A DNA stretch of 64,000 nucleotides from an uncultured bacterium. Its GTDB lineage: Bacteria; Sysuimicrobiota; Sysuimicrobiia; Sysuimicrobiales; Sysuimicrobiaceae. Shown one piece after another: positions 41,137 to 50,974 of this stretch. The position numbers were made by a program, and so were the translations under genes. The notes beneath the pieces were generated by a model that made no database searches, was not told where the DNA came from, and saw only the letters and a program-made list of their open reading frames with translations. Positions within the stretch are counted from its first letter, which is position 1. Each line of letters starts with the position of its first letter. The stretch spans positions 128,320-192,319 of the forward strand of contig CALIMJ010000013.1 of the NCBI GenBank assembly GCA_938028835.1. Reading direction: 5' to 3'.

Positions 41137-42534
41137 TCACAGGCGGACCGCGTGCACCCCGTCCCACCGGGAGGGCCGCGCGGCCCGTTCCCACAGCCTG
41201 GCCTTCGCCATCTCAGGCGGAAGCCCCGTACTGAGCAACACCGCCACCACGCCGGTGACCAAGCCTGCCGCGAAGGACGTACCTGACCAACGCACGTAGC
41301 GGGACCCCGCCAACACCGCCCCGCAGTCCAGGATGAGATCCTCGCCCGGGGCTCCGAAGTGCGCTTCGTTGCTGAACCACGCGTACCGGTCTGGCTGCGC
41401 GGCGCTGGTGGCCGCCACCGGGATCACCTGCGTCTGGGCGGCCAGGGTGTCTCCGAAGTGGCCGTAGGCGGCAGGCTCCAGGCAGTTCTCGGGCCGGCCC
41501 TGGGACTGGTTGCCGCTGGCCGCTACCAGCACCGCGCGCTGGCGTGCCAGCTCGTCCACCACCGCCAGGAGCGCGCAGGACTCCACCGTCTCCGGCTGCG
41601 ACCGGTCTACCCCCAGGCTCAGGTTGTACACCATCGGAACGGTGACCAGGGGCGTACGGGTGTCGGGGTGCTGCACGGGGGTGCTTGCCAGCTCGTAGAC
41701 CCACCGGAGGGCGTCCGCCAGCTCGTAGGTGGCGGTGGCGAGTTCGTGGTTCAGCAGCGCCACCAGCACCACCCGGGCACCGGGCGCCATGCGGCGGACC
41801 AGCGACGCCACCGTGGCCCCGTGGTGGCCGCGGTAGTCCCGCATCTGCTCCTCGGTGGCCAGTAGGGGCGACCACGCCCTAGCCCGCCAGCGCTCCGCCA
41901 GCCCGCATGGGGAGCCGCCCGGGTCCCGCAGGGGCGCCCAGACCGGGAAGTTCTCCGGCACCCGTTGCGGCCAGTCCACGTACACATCCACGCAGCCCGG
42001 GTCCAGGCGAGGCAGGCCGTCGGGTCTCAACCCGGGGCCGCTGTCCAGGATGACCACGGTGACGCCCTCCCCGCGCGGCCGGGACTTCGCCCGCTCGTAC
42101 TGCAAAAGCCCGATGTGCTCGAAGGCGGGCTGGCTGGCGAAGTCCGTCTCGTCGGCATCGGGCAGCCGGATGGCGGACTCCGGGGTGGGGCTGCCGTGGG
42201 ACACCTCCGCCTGCCCCCGCACCTGCAAATCCAAGGACGCGTGGGCGGACAGCACGGCCTCGGATAGGCGCCGCACCACGTTGGGTTCCGGTTCGTCGCT
42301 TTCCACGACGAACCGCCGCACCGCCCGCAACCACGGAGGGGGCCTACGGACGGGCGGCAGGGGGAGCGCTTCCCACCGCCACACCGTCCCGGACCGCCGG
42401 GAGACGAACACCGTGCGCGGCCTCGGTGGAGGTACGAGGCACCGGACGGGGTGTGACCGCTCCACGGAGTCCAAAAGGACTTCCGGACAGGCCACCACCA
42501 GGTGGCCGCGCAGGCGGTTCCACGCTTCGCGCAT
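41137..42534 (-). CDS. Subtilisin-like serine peptidase (S8), cytoplasmic (no signal peptide)
   Basis: Asp (VVILDSG), His (HGATVASLV), oxyanion Asn (ASGN), Ser (GTSFAAGLVTG); the SD AAGGAGGG lies 5 nt upstream; the ATG is 1 nt after the CHAT stop. Confidence 0.85.
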   Translation of the reverse strand: MREAWNRLRGHLVVACPEVLLDSVERSHPVRCLVPPPRPRTVFVSRRSGTVWRWEALPLPPVRRPPPWLRAVRRFVVESDEPEPNVVRRLSEAVLSAHASLDLQVRGQAEVSHGSPTPESAIRLPDADETDFASQPAFEHIGLLQYERAKSRPRGEGVTVVILDSGPGLRPDGLPRLDPGCVDVYVDWPQRVPENFPVWAPLRDPGGSPCGLAERWRARAWSPLLATEEQMRDYRGHHGATVASLVRRMAPGARVVLVALLNHELATATYELADALRWVYELASTPVQHPDTRTPLVTVPMVYNLSLGVDRSQPETVESCALLAVVDELARQRAVLVAASGNQSQGRPENCLEPAAYGHFGDTLAAQTQVIPVAATSAAQPDRYAWFSNEAHFGAPGEDLILDCGAVLAGSRYVRWSGTSFAAGLVTGVVAVLLSTGLPPEMAKARLWERAARPSRWDGVHAVRL

Positions 42535-42535
42535 G

Positions 42536-43735
42536 TCACCCTCCTTGAGGGCTTCCGTCTAGTGAACGCGCGCAGCCCGTGTTTTCGACGAGCCGGGCCA
42601 GGGGATCGCCCACCACCACGAAACCGGCCCAGTGCCAGGGGTGCTCCCACCGGGCGCGCAGCTGGAGGCCGGCGCTTCGGAGCGCATCCGGGATCCGAGC
42701 GCCACGGCCCAGATGCTCGTACAGCTGCTGCATGAACTGCGCGGTGGAGCCGTCGTGTACCGGCCACAAGGACACCACCACGGCCCGGGCACCGGCGTGG
42801 AGCCACGCGCGTGTGAAGCCGACCAGCTCGTCCCCGGGCAATACCCTGGAGGCCCCGGTGTCGCAGCCGCTCAGGACCACGATCCCACAGCCCGCCTCGG
42901 CTGCCAGGACGTCCGCCGCGGTGACCAGGCCTGCGGTGAGGTAGATAGCGAACAGCAGCGGTGCCTCGGGCCGGAAACGGCAGTGGGCGGCCACATGCAC
43001 CAGCGCCGCGTCCCGCACGGCGGCCAGGAACTCCGCGGGACTGGGGTTCTCGTACAGACGGCCGCCAACTCGCCGGGCCACCCCGCGGGCTTCTGCTACG
43101 GCCCCAGGGAGCTGGCCCCGCAGGCCGTCGGCCACGCACACCGCGGGGCCACGGGCGACCGGTCGCTTCTGCAGCGGGGGAAGCAGCGAGCCTGCGGGCA
43201 CATACACCACTTCCCATCGGTCCCACACACACGCGTGCCCGTCGGCGAAGGCGTGGAAGGGCAGGCCGTGCAGCAGTCCGAAGGGCGCCACCACGAGACG
43301 GCAGTAGGGGCGGAGTTGTGGCTCCAGCGGGGCCACCAGGAGTGCGTGCAGGTCCTCGAGGACCCGATGGGCCTGACGTACGGCGTGCCGGGCGGGGAGC
43401 TGTCCTGCGGCGTAGGCGCGCAGGCCGTTAGCCCACAGGGCCGCTGCGCGGCCCACTTCCCGCGTGTGGCATGCCCTTTGGCAGATCAGGGTCCTGCCCG
43501 GCTCCAGGACGAAGGCCAGGACGTGGTCTCCGGCCGCGAAGTACTCCACGAGGGCCGTGTCGCCGTCCAGTTCCGGCAAAGCCGGCCTGAGGGTGCGCAT
43601 CAGGAAGGGGGCCTGGGAAGGATATGCGGGATCCTTGCAGCTGGAGCCGCCACAGCACTTCCCGGACTCGGGCTTCCAGGTCCGGTTCGCCCGGTTGCCC
43701 GCGAAGGTGCGGCTCGCCAGGATCCAGCTCCACAA
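42536..43735 (-). CDS. CHAT-domain caspase-like protease segment (C-terminal part of a TPR-CHAT protein)
   Basis: Caspase-type His (HVAAHCRF) and Cys (VVLSGCDTG) dyad about 40 aa apart; [14 protein letters not shown] and LLVAPLEPQL...VVAPFGLLHGLPFHAF are typical CHAT N-lobe motifs. Confidence 0.8.
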   Translation of the reverse strand: MWSWILASRTFAGNRANRTWKPESGKCCGGSSCKDPAYPSQAPFLMRTLRPALPELDGDTALVEYFAAGDHVLAFVLEPGRTLICQRACHTREVGRAAALWANGLRAYAAGQLPARHAVRQAHRVLEDLHALLVAPLEPQLRPYCRLVVAPFGLLHGLPFHAFADGHACVWDRWEVVYVPAGSLLPPLQKRPVARGPAVCVADGLRGQLPGAVAEARGVARRVGGRLYENPSPAEFLAAVRDAALVHVAAHCRFRPEAPLLFAIYLTAGLVTAADVLAAEAGCGIVVLSGCDTGASRVLPGDELVGFTRAWLHAGARAVVVSLWPVHDGSTAQFMQQLYEHLGRGARIPDALRSAGLQLRARWEHPWHWAGFVVVGDPLARLVENTGCARSLDGSPQGG

Positions 43736-45389
43736 AGACCTCGCGTCGCTGGGCCTCCAGAAGGCGGTTCAGCTCCTGCACCAAGCGGACGGCCGCCGGG
43801 CTCCGCGGTCGTACCCGGAGCCCGTGGGAGGCCAGCAGCCACGCCATACCCCTCGACTTGGCGCACTGGACCACCTCCCACGCCCGCGCCCACCGCCCCC
43901 GCGCCCAGAGCTCCAGCACCGAGGCCGCGTACAGCTCGGAGAGCTCCGCGAACACCCCCGAACGCAGGTCCGCAGGCAGCCAGGCCAGCAAGCGGTCGGC
44001 CCACCGGACACCGCTCAGCAGGTGCCCGCTGCGCCTTTGCGGCCGCAGAACGCTGAGCCGGCGGTGGGCTGCAGCGCAAAGCCAGGCCGTGCGGTGCCGG
44101 TGCCCCAAGCGGAGAGCCTCCCGGGCGGCCTGGAGGGCGGTGGCGGTGTCCTGCAGCAGGAGGTGGGCGTCGGAGCGCACCAGCAGGGCCCGGCCCGCAC
44201 CCCCGGGGCTGGCGACCTTCGCCCAGGTCCGGTAGGCTTGGTCCGCCAGCGCTACAGCGGCGGAGGGGTCCCCTTCCCGCAACCGAACGGCCGCCAGCTC
44301 GCAGGCGGCCGCGGCCCTCCACGCCTGGCGCCCGGTTCCCTCTAGGGTCTGCAGGGCTTGCTGGAGGAGGTCCCCAGCGCCCTGGAGGTCTCCCCGGTGC
44401 CGGCACGCCACAGCAGCCAGGTAGCGGGCACGGGCCGCTTCGGCCACGAACCCCGCCGCGTCCAGCTCCTGCGCCAGGCGGCGCCCTTCGCGGATCACGC
44501 GCTCCGCCTGTCCCAGGTACAGGCGACACTCCAGAGCGAACAGCCGGTAGGCGGCTCCCGCGGCCGGGACGCCAGCCTCCCGGTAGCGGTCTGCCACCTC
44601 CTCGAAGGCCTGCAGGGCGTGCGCGTACCGGCCCTGACCCAAGTCTGACCAGGCGGTGGCCGCGGCTGACCGCAGGGCCAGGAGGGAGCTGCCGGTAGCC
44701 TCCGCACACCGGGTGGCTTCTTGCAGGGCTCGAGCCGCCTCCTCGTGGCGGCCCAGCTGCGCCAGCAGCAGCCCCGCGTTGTGCTGCACCACCGCTAGGT
44801 CGAGGTCGGCGGACTCCCCGAGGGCCCGGAACCGGTCAGCCGCTTGCGCGTACGCGAGGAGGGCTGCCTCCGTGTCCCCCAGGTACTGGAGCAGGGTGGC
44901 GCGCTGTGCCCGCACGCGGGCCGCGAACAGGCAGGCTCCCGGGTCGGCGGCGAGCACCGGCTCGATGAGGTCCGCCAGCTCCAACGCCTCACGGTAGCGG
45001 CCCTGCCGGAACAGCACGCCGATGCGGCCTACCCCGCACCGTGCGGCGAGAGTGGGCTGGCTGCAGGCCTCGGCCAGCCGCCGCGCGGCCTCGTAGGCTT
45101 CGTGGGCTTCCTCCAACCGCTCGCACCAGAGCAACGCGTTGGCCACCGCCAGGCGCGCCACCACCCGGGCGGCTGGGTCCGCTCCGGCGTCCGCGTAGTC
45201 TGCCAGTTCCCGCGCCCGCTTCAAGGCCTGCTGCGGTTGCCGGTGGGCCAGGCGGTCCACCAGGTCCTTGAGGCGTTCGGCCACCTCCACGCAGGGGGCT
45301 CCAAAGCGCTCCCGCAGGAAGCGCACGGGGCCTCCGCGGGACGCGGCTTCGGCCCACGCTGCCAGCACGCTGGCGCCTTCGGGGGTCAC
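43428..45389 (-). CDS. TPR-repeat segment (N-terminal part of the TPR-CHAT protein; frame breaks near 43607-43611)
   Basis: About 590 aa of tandem Ala/Leu-rich TPR-like helices; it ends with the KSR...LL motif that normally precedes a CHAT domain; the last ~60 codons of the ORF overlap the CHAT ORF in another frame. Confidence 0.7.
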   Translation of the reverse strand: MTPEGASVLAAWAEAASRGGPVRFLRERFGAPCVEVAERLKDLVDRLAHRQPQQALKRARELADYADAGADPAARVVARLAVANALLWCERLEEAHEAYEAARRLAEACSQPTLAARCGVGRIGVLFRQGRYREALELADLIEPVLAADPGACLFAARVRAQRATLLQYLGDTEAALLAYAQAADRFRALGESADLDLAVVQHNAGLLLAQLGRHEEAARALQEATRCAEATGSSLLALRSAAATAWSDLGQGRYAHALQAFEEVADRYREAGVPAAGAAYRLFALECRLYLGQAERVIREGRRLAQELDAAGFVAEAARARYLAAVACRHRGDLQGAGDLLQQALQTLEGTGRQAWRAAAACELAAVRLREGDPSAAVALADQAYRTWAKVASPGGAGRALLVRSDAHLLLQDTATALQAAREALRLGHRHRTAWLCAAAHRRLSVLRPQRRSGHLLSGVRWADRLLAWLPADLRSGVFAELSELYAASVLELWARGRWARAWEVVQCAKSRGMAWLLASHGLRVRPRSPAAVRLVQELNRLLEAQRREVFVELDPGEPHLRGQPGEPDLEARVREVLWRLQLQGSRISFPGPLPDAHPQAGFAGTGRRHGPRGVLRGRRPRPGLRPGAGQDPDLPKGMPHAGSGPRSGPVG

Positions 45390-45460
45390 GGCGGCGGTGT
45401 TCTTGGACGGCCTGTCCGGTTCCTGCTATGGTGGACGCGAGCTGCGAGCTGGAGGAGGGC

Positions 45461-47521
45461 ATGACCGGACAGCGGCAGGCCCTGGACGTACTGTGCGTGA
45501 ACACCCTGCGGGCGCTGGCCATGGACGCGGTGGAGCGCGCCCAGTCAGGTCACCCGGGTGCGCCCATGGGGTTCGCGGGGCCGGCGTACGTCCTGTGGAC
45601 CCGCTTCCTCCGCCACAACCCCCGCAACCCGCGCTGGCCCGACCGGGACCGGTTTGTGCTGTCGGCGGGGCACGCGTCCATGCTGCTATACGCCCTCCTG
45701 TACCTCACGGGTTACGACCTCACGCTGGACGACCTCAAGAACTTCCGCCAGTGGGGAAGCCGGACACCCGGCCACCCGGAGTTCCGCGCCACCCCCGGGG
45801 TGGAGTGCACCACGGGCCCTCTAGGACAGGGGTTTGCGAACGCGGTGGGCATGGCGATCGCGGAGCGGCACCTGGCCAGCGTGTTCAACCGACCCGGCTA
45901 CGAGATCGTGGACCACTGGACCTACGTGGTGGCCTCGGACGGCGACCTGATGGAGGGCGTGGCGCACGAGGCAGCTTCGTTGGCGGGGCACCTGCAGCTG
46001 GGCAAGCTCGTGTGCCTATACGACGCCAACGGGGTGTCCCTGGCGGGCAGCACGGAGCTCACCTTCACGGAGGACGTGGCTCTCCGGTTCGAGGCCCTGG
46101 GCTGGCACGTCCAGGAGGTGGCGGACGGTAACGACCTGGCCGCGGTGGAGGCCGCGCTGGTGCAGGCACGCGAGGAGCTGGGTCGACCCTCCCTGATCGT
46201 GGTGCGGACCCAGATCGCCTACGGGAGCCCCGGCAAGCAGGGCCGCCACGAGGCGCACGGCGCGCCCCTCGGAGAGGAGGAGGTGCTGCGGGCCAAGCGG
46301 AACCTGGGCTGGCCGCACGAGGAACCCTTTGTGGTTCCGGAGGAGGCGCTGGCGGAGTTCCGGAAGGCCGTGGAAAGGGGCCAACAGCTGGAGGAGGACT
46401 GGCGTCGGCGGTTCGAGGCGTACGCCCGCCAGTATCCGGACCTGGCAGACCAGTGGGAGCAGGCGCAACGGGGGGAGCTCCCGCCGGGTTGGGACCAGGA
46501 CCTACCCGCCTTTACCGCGAGCGACCGGGTGGCCACCCGCAGCGCCTCCGGGAAGGTGCTGAACGTCCTGGCGTCCCGCATCCCGTGGCTGGTGGGGGGT
46601 TCCGCGGACCTGAACCCGTCCACCCAGACCGCGTTGCGGGGGCTGGGCGACTTTCAGAGTCCTCTACGGGCGGTGCGCGACCCGCAGGGTGCGTGCGGGG
46701 GCCCCATGGACTACCGCGGCCGCAACCTGCATTTCGGGGTGCGGGAGCACGCCATGGGTGCGGTGGCCAACGGGATCGCCTACCACGGTGGCCTGAGGCC
46801 GTTCGTCGCCACGTTCCTGGTGTTCTCGGACTACGAACGGCCCGCCATCCGTCTGGCCGCGCTGGCGGAGCTGCCGGTGGTGCATGTGTTCACCCACGAC
46901 TCCGTCCTGGTGGGCGAGGACGGGCCCACCCACCAGCCCGTGGAGCACCTGCCGTCCCTGCGGAGTATCCCGAACCTGTTGGTGATCCGGCCCGCGGACG
47001 CCGCCGAGACCGTGGAAGCCTGGCGGGTGGCCCTGGAGCACAGGGAGGGGCCCGTGGCGCTGGTCCTCACCCGCCAGGCGGTGCCGGTCCTGGATCGCAA
47101 CCGGTACGCGCCTGCGTCCGGCCTGCGGCGCGGAGGCTACGTCCTGGCGGACTGCGACGGGCCGCCGGAGTTGATCCTGATCGGTACGGGTTCGGAGGTC
47201 TGGTTGTGCGTGGAGGCGTACGAGCGGCTGCGGGCGGAGGGCGTGCGGGTCCGGGTGGTGAGCCTGCCCTCCTGGGAGCTGTTCGAGCGCCAGCCCTCCT
47301 CGTACCGGGAGCAGGTCCTGCCGGCCGGTGTAGCCCGCCGGCTGGCGGTGGAGGCGGCCCGGCCCTTCGGTTGGGAGCGCTACGTGGGCTGCGGGGGTCG
47401 GGTGTTGGGAGTGGATCGGTTCGGGGCTTCGGCTCCCTACGGGGTCGTGGCGGAGAAGCTCGGGCTTACCCCGGACCGGGTCTACCGGGCCGCTCGCGAG
47501 CTGCTGGAGCGACCCGCGTGA
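45461..47521 (+). CDS. tkt: Transketolase
   Basis: ThDP motifs ([19 protein letters not shown]); 686 aa from the internal ATG of ORF 45428..47521. Confidence 0.95.
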   Translation: MTGQRQALDVLCVNTLRALAMDAVERAQSGHPGAPMGFAGPAYVLWTRFLRHNPRNPRWPDRDRFVLSAGHASMLLYALLYLTGYDLTLDDLKNFRQWGSRTPGHPEFRATPGVECTTGPLGQGFANAVGMAIAERHLASVFNRPGYEIVDHWTYVVASDGDLMEGVAHEAASLAGHLQLGKLVCLYDANGVSLAGSTELTFTEDVALRFEALGWHVQEVADGNDLAAVEAALVQAREELGRPSLIVVRTQIAYGSPGKQGRHEAHGAPLGEEEVLRAKRNLGWPHEEPFVVPEEALAEFRKAVERGQQLEEDWRRRFEAYARQYPDLADQWEQAQRGELPPGWDQDLPAFTASDRVATRSASGKVLNVLASRIPWLVGGSADLNPSTQTALRGLGDFQSPLRAVRDPQGACGGPMDYRGRNLHFGVREHAMGAVANGIAYHGGLRPFVATFLVFSDYERPAIRLAALAELPVVHVFTHDSVLVGEDGPTHQPVEHLPSLRSIPNLLVIRPADAAETVEAWRVALEHREGPVALVLTRQAVPVLDRNRYAPASGLRRGGYVLADCDGPPELILIGTGSEVWLCVEAYERLRAEGVRVRVVSLPSWELFERQPSSYREQVLPAGVARRLAVEAARPFGWERYVGCGGRVLGVDRFGASAPYGVVAEKLGLTPDRVYRAARELLERPA

Positions 47522-47540
47522 CGGTGCCGGGGCCGGCCCG

Positions 47541-48047
47541 CTAGGCTTCGGTCACCCGCAGCCACGAGGCCACAAGCGCCCCGTGGAGCACGTGGGCCCC
47601 AAGCGCCAGCCACGGCATCCCCCCGCCAGCCAGCTTGGAGCCGAGGATCCCCGCTCCTGCAAGGGGGAACGTCACGAACAGGGTCAGGGGCCAGACCAGC
47701 AGGGCATACAGCGCCCCGCACAGCCAGGGACGGCGCCGCAGCGCGGCAGCGCGGTACAGGACGGGGGCCACCGCCACGCCGTACACGTACCCGTAGCCCG
47801 GCCCGGCAAGCAGCAGGAGCAGGAGGCTTACCGCGAAAGCCCACCGGGTCTGGTCGACGACCAGGTTGTCCCACAGGGCCAGGAACCAGCGCTGGACCAG
47901 CCCCGCACCTTCCGGGTGCCACACCGCGCGACCCAGTCCCCACAGCAACACCCCCAGGCAGGCCAGGGCCGTGACCAGGGTGGCGGCCACCGCGACCCGG
48001 AAGGCATGACGGCCGGAGCAGGCGGTCCACGTGTCCGTGTTCAACAC
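47541..48047 (-). CDS. Hypothetical small integral membrane protein
   Basis: The C-terminal 168 codons of ORF 47541..48512 encode four or five TM helices; the GTG start was chosen at the onset of hydrophobicity. Confidence 0.45.
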   Translation of the reverse strand: MLNTDTWTACSGRHAFRVAVAATLVTALACLGVLLWGLGRAVWHPEGAGLVQRWFLALWDNLVVDQTRWAFAVSLLLLLLAGPGYGYVYGVAVAPVLYRAAALRRRPWLCGALYALLVWPLTLFVTFPLAGAGILGSKLAGGGMPWLALGAHVLHGALVASWLRVTEA

Positions 48048-48116
48048 CCGTGACCTCCACGTGCGCGCGAATGGAGGCGCGTCGTACAATAGCCCCGGAC
48101 GCGCCCGCCCTGTAGT

Positions 48117-49928
48117 TTGTCGGAAAGCCGCGCGGCGCGCAACTCGGACCCGGTGGATCGTTTCCGTCGCTTCTCGGCGGCCCTGCTGGCCGCAAGCCTT
48201 GCCCTGGTGGTGCTGGGCGGTGTGGTGCGCACCACGGGGGCGGGCGACGCCTGCCCGGACTGGCCTCTGTGCCACGGCCGATGGATTCCTCCTGCGGAAC
48301 CCTTGGTGATCCTGGAGTGGACCCACCGTCTGGTGGCGGCGGTGGTGGGCCTCTGGGTGGTCGTTCTCGTGGTTTGGGCGCACCGCCTGGGAGCTGCCGG
48401 AGAGGGGCTCCGGAAGCCCGCGTGGGCGGCCTTGGGGCTGGTGGTGGTGCAGGCCCTGCTGGGGGGCGCCACGGTCCTGGGCGGGCTGGCCGCCTGGCTG
48501 GTGGTGCTGCACCTGGGGACCGCCCTGCTGTTCGTGGCTTCGGTGGTGGTGCTGTGGCAGCGGGCGTCGGGATACCGGCCGGGTGGCGCGGATTCCCGGA
48601 GCCGCAGCTTCCGCGGCTCCGCGCTGACTGCCCTGGTGGGGCTGTACGTCCTGGTGCTGCTGGGCGGATACGTGGGAGCCTCCGGGGCCGGGCTTGCGTG
48701 TCCGGACTGGCCTCTGTGCCGGGGCGCGGTGCTACCGCCTGCGGAGCCGGGGGTGCTGGAGCACTTCGCCCACCGACTGTGGGCGGTGCTGGTGGCGGTG
48801 CTCCTGGGTTCCCTGGTGGTCCGGGCCCGCCACGACCGGCCGGACCTGCGGGGGCTGACGCATGGGGCGGCGGCCCTGTACGGCGTGCAGATCTTCGTGG
48901 GGTGGCTGAACCTGTTGAGCGGCCTGCACTTCGCGGTGGTGAGCGCGCACCTGGGGCTCGCTGCGGTGGTGTGGGCGGTGCTAGTGGCGCTGCTGGTGAG
49001 GGCCGCGGCGGAGCCCCGCCCGGCTCTTGCGGTCTCCGAGCCGCGAGCCGTACCGGCGTGGCGGGCTGCGGTGTCCGACTACGTGGCCCTGACCAAGCCG
49101 CGCATCGTGGTGCTGTTGCTGCTGACTACCGCCTGCACCCTGGTGCTGGCTACGCGGGGCCAGCCATCGGCCGTGGTGGTGCTGGCCACCCTGGTGGGCG
49201 GCGCCCTGGCCGCGGGTGCCGCCAACGCCCTGAACTGCGTGCTGGATCGGGACGTGGACGCGGTCATGGCACGCACGCGGGAGAAGCGACCGGTGGCGGC
49301 AGGTCGCCTGCCGGCCGCCCGCGCGGCGGCCTTCGCGGCCATCCTCGGTGTGGGGGGCTTCTGGATCCTGTGGCGGGGCGCCAACCTCCTGGCCGCGACC
49401 CTCACCCTCGGGGGGCTGGCGTTTTACGTCCTGGTGTACACCGCGTGGCTGAAGCGCACCACGCCGCAGAACATCGTGATCGGCGGGGCCGCGGGAGCGG
49501 TGCCTCCCCTGGTGGCGTGGGCGGCGGTCACAGGTCGGGTGGAGCTGCCAGCGGTGCTGCTGTTCGCGGTGGTCTTCCTGTGGACCCCTCCTCATTTCTG
49601 GACCCTGAGCCTCAACCTGAAGGACGACTACGCGGCGGCAGGCATCCCCATGCTCCCCGTGGTTCGGGGCGAGGCGGAGACCCACCGGCAGGTGTTCGGG
49701 TATACGCTAGCCACGGTGGTGGTGACCCTGCTGCTGGTGCCCGCCGCGGGCCTTGGCTGGCTGTACGCCGCGGCGGCCGCGAGTCTGGGGGCCGGGTTCG
49801 TTCGACGCGCGTGGCGACTGTGGCGTGGGCGGGGCGAGACGGCGTGGTCCGTGTACCGCTACTCCCTGGTGTACCTGGCCCTGCTGTTCGGGGCCATGGT
49901 GGCGGACCGGTTCGTGTTGGGCGTGTGA
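48117..49928 (+). CDS. ctaAB: Fused haem A synthase (CtaA) / protohaem IX farnesyltransferase (CtaB)
   Basis: The N-terminal half has two CPDWPLC motifs (CtaA/COX15); the C-terminal half is UbiA-type CtaB (NCVLDRDVDAVMARTREKRPVAAG); TTG start. Confidence 0.85.
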   Translation: MSESRAARNSDPVDRFRRFSAALLAASLALVVLGGVVRTTGAGDACPDWPLCHGRWIPPAEPLVILEWTHRLVAAVVGLWVVVLVVWAHRLGAAGEGLRKPAWAALGLVVVQALLGGATVLGGLAAWLVVLHLGTALLFVASVVVLWQRASGYRPGGADSRSRSFRGSALTALVGLYVLVLLGGYVGASGAGLACPDWPLCRGAVLPPAEPGVLEHFAHRLWAVLVAVLLGSLVVRARHDRPDLRGLTHGAAALYGVQIFVGWLNLLSGLHFAVVSAHLGLAAVVWAVLVALLVRAAAEPRPALAVSEPRAVPAWRAAVSDYVALTKPRIVVLLLLTTACTLVLATRGQPSAVVVLATLVGGALAAGAANALNCVLDRDVDAVMARTREKRPVAAGRLPAARAAAFAAILGVGGFWILWRGANLLAATLTLGGLAFYVLVYTAWLKRTTPQNIVIGGAAGAVPPLVAWAAVTGRVELPAVLLFAVVFLWTPPHFWTLSLNLKDDYAAAGIPMLPVVRGEAETHRQVFGYTLATVVVTLLLVPAAGLGWLYAAAAASLGAGFVRRAWRLWRGRGETAWSVYRYSLVYLALLFGAMVADRFVLGV

Positions 49929-49992
49929 GGGCGATGGCGCGGGATCGCCACCTGCGGAACCCGAGACGGCTCACCCCCGCACGCCGGGGACG

Positions 49993-50454
49993 CTACGCGG
50001 CGAGATCCGCCACCACGGGTTGGGCCAGCCGCTCAAAGTCCTTGTAAGCGATCCGCATGGTCTCCCGGTGCGAGCCGCAGCGGAAGACGATCTCCGGGTC
50101 CTCCGACAGGCGTCGGTCCACGTACACCGGGATCCCGTACAGGTTGCCGAAGGGCGGCTGGGCCCCCACCTCACAGTCGGGGAACAGGGGTGCGAACTCC
50201 GACTCCTCCGCCAGCCGGCAGGGTTTGCCCACCAGCTTCTCCAGCTTGGCTAGGTCCAGGCGCTGGGGTGCCGCCAGGACGGCCATGACGAATCCCTCCC
50301 CACATCGGACGATCACCGGCTTGGCCACCAGGTAGCCGGACACGTGTTCAGCGGCGGCAACTTCCTGCGCGGTGTACGCTAGAGGGTGCCAGTCCACCCG
50401 GAAGGGCACCGCGTTCTCCCGGAAGTAGGACTCGAGGCGCTCGCGGCAGGTCAC
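49993..50454 (-). CDS. YbaK/ProX-family aminoacyl-tRNA deacylase domain protein
   Basis: ~153 aa; YbaK-like fold pattern; GTG start placed after the SD GGGGGTG; the 5' end is uncertain because the ORF is open to 50568. Confidence 0.6.
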   Translation of the reverse strand: MTCRERLESYFRENAVPFRVDWHPLAYTAQEVAAAEHVSGYLVAKPVIVRCGEGFVMAVLAAPQRLDLAKLEKLVGKPCRLAEESEFAPLFPDCEVGAQPPFGNLYGIPVYVDRRLSEDPEIVFRCGSHRETMRIAYKDFERLAQPVVADLAA

Positions 50455-50533
50455 GGCACTCACCCCCGAGCCGATTGTACCGGGCCAGGGGCGGAGGAGG
50501 GCAGCGTCGAAACCGTATGGACGAGGAGCGGGC

Positions 50534-50974
50534 ATGGCGGCGAACCGAGGGCTTCTGGCGGCGGACAAGCGGTACCTAGCGGGCGTGATCCACCAGGTGT
50601 GGCGGGCCTGCCAGGGCTTCGTCTCCGTGGTGATGGAGCGGGGGCCGGAGGATGCGTTCTTCGTGCTGGACGAGCTGGACGAGTGGGCGGCGGCGCAACG
50701 GCGCCGCCTGTCCGGAAGGACCGCTCGACGGCCGGCGGGGCTCTCCGCTCAGGGGTTGCGGGTGGCCCGGGAGCTGCTGGACGACGTGAGCACCTTCTGC
50801 TCCGCCATTGGGGACATGGTGGCCCGCCTCCGCGCCAGCCCCCTGAGCCCGGACGAGGTGGAGGAGGAGTGCCTGATGATCGTGGACGGGTTCGTCGCGT
50901 GGACCCACCGCATGGCAACGCAGCTGGGCCTGTCCCGCAACCTCCGGCCCCAGGTGATCTGGCCGCTGCGCTAG
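50534..50974 (+). CDS. Hypothetical protein
   Basis: 146 aa; a GAGGAG SD lies upstream; no recognisable domain. Confidence 0.4.
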   Translation: MAANRGLLAADKRYLAGVIHQVWRACQGFVSVVMERGPEDAFFVLDELDEWAAAQRRRLSGRTARRPAGLSAQGLRVARELLDDVSTFCSAIGDMVARLRASPLSPDEVEEECLMIVDGFVAWTHRMATQLGLSRNLRPQVIWPLR

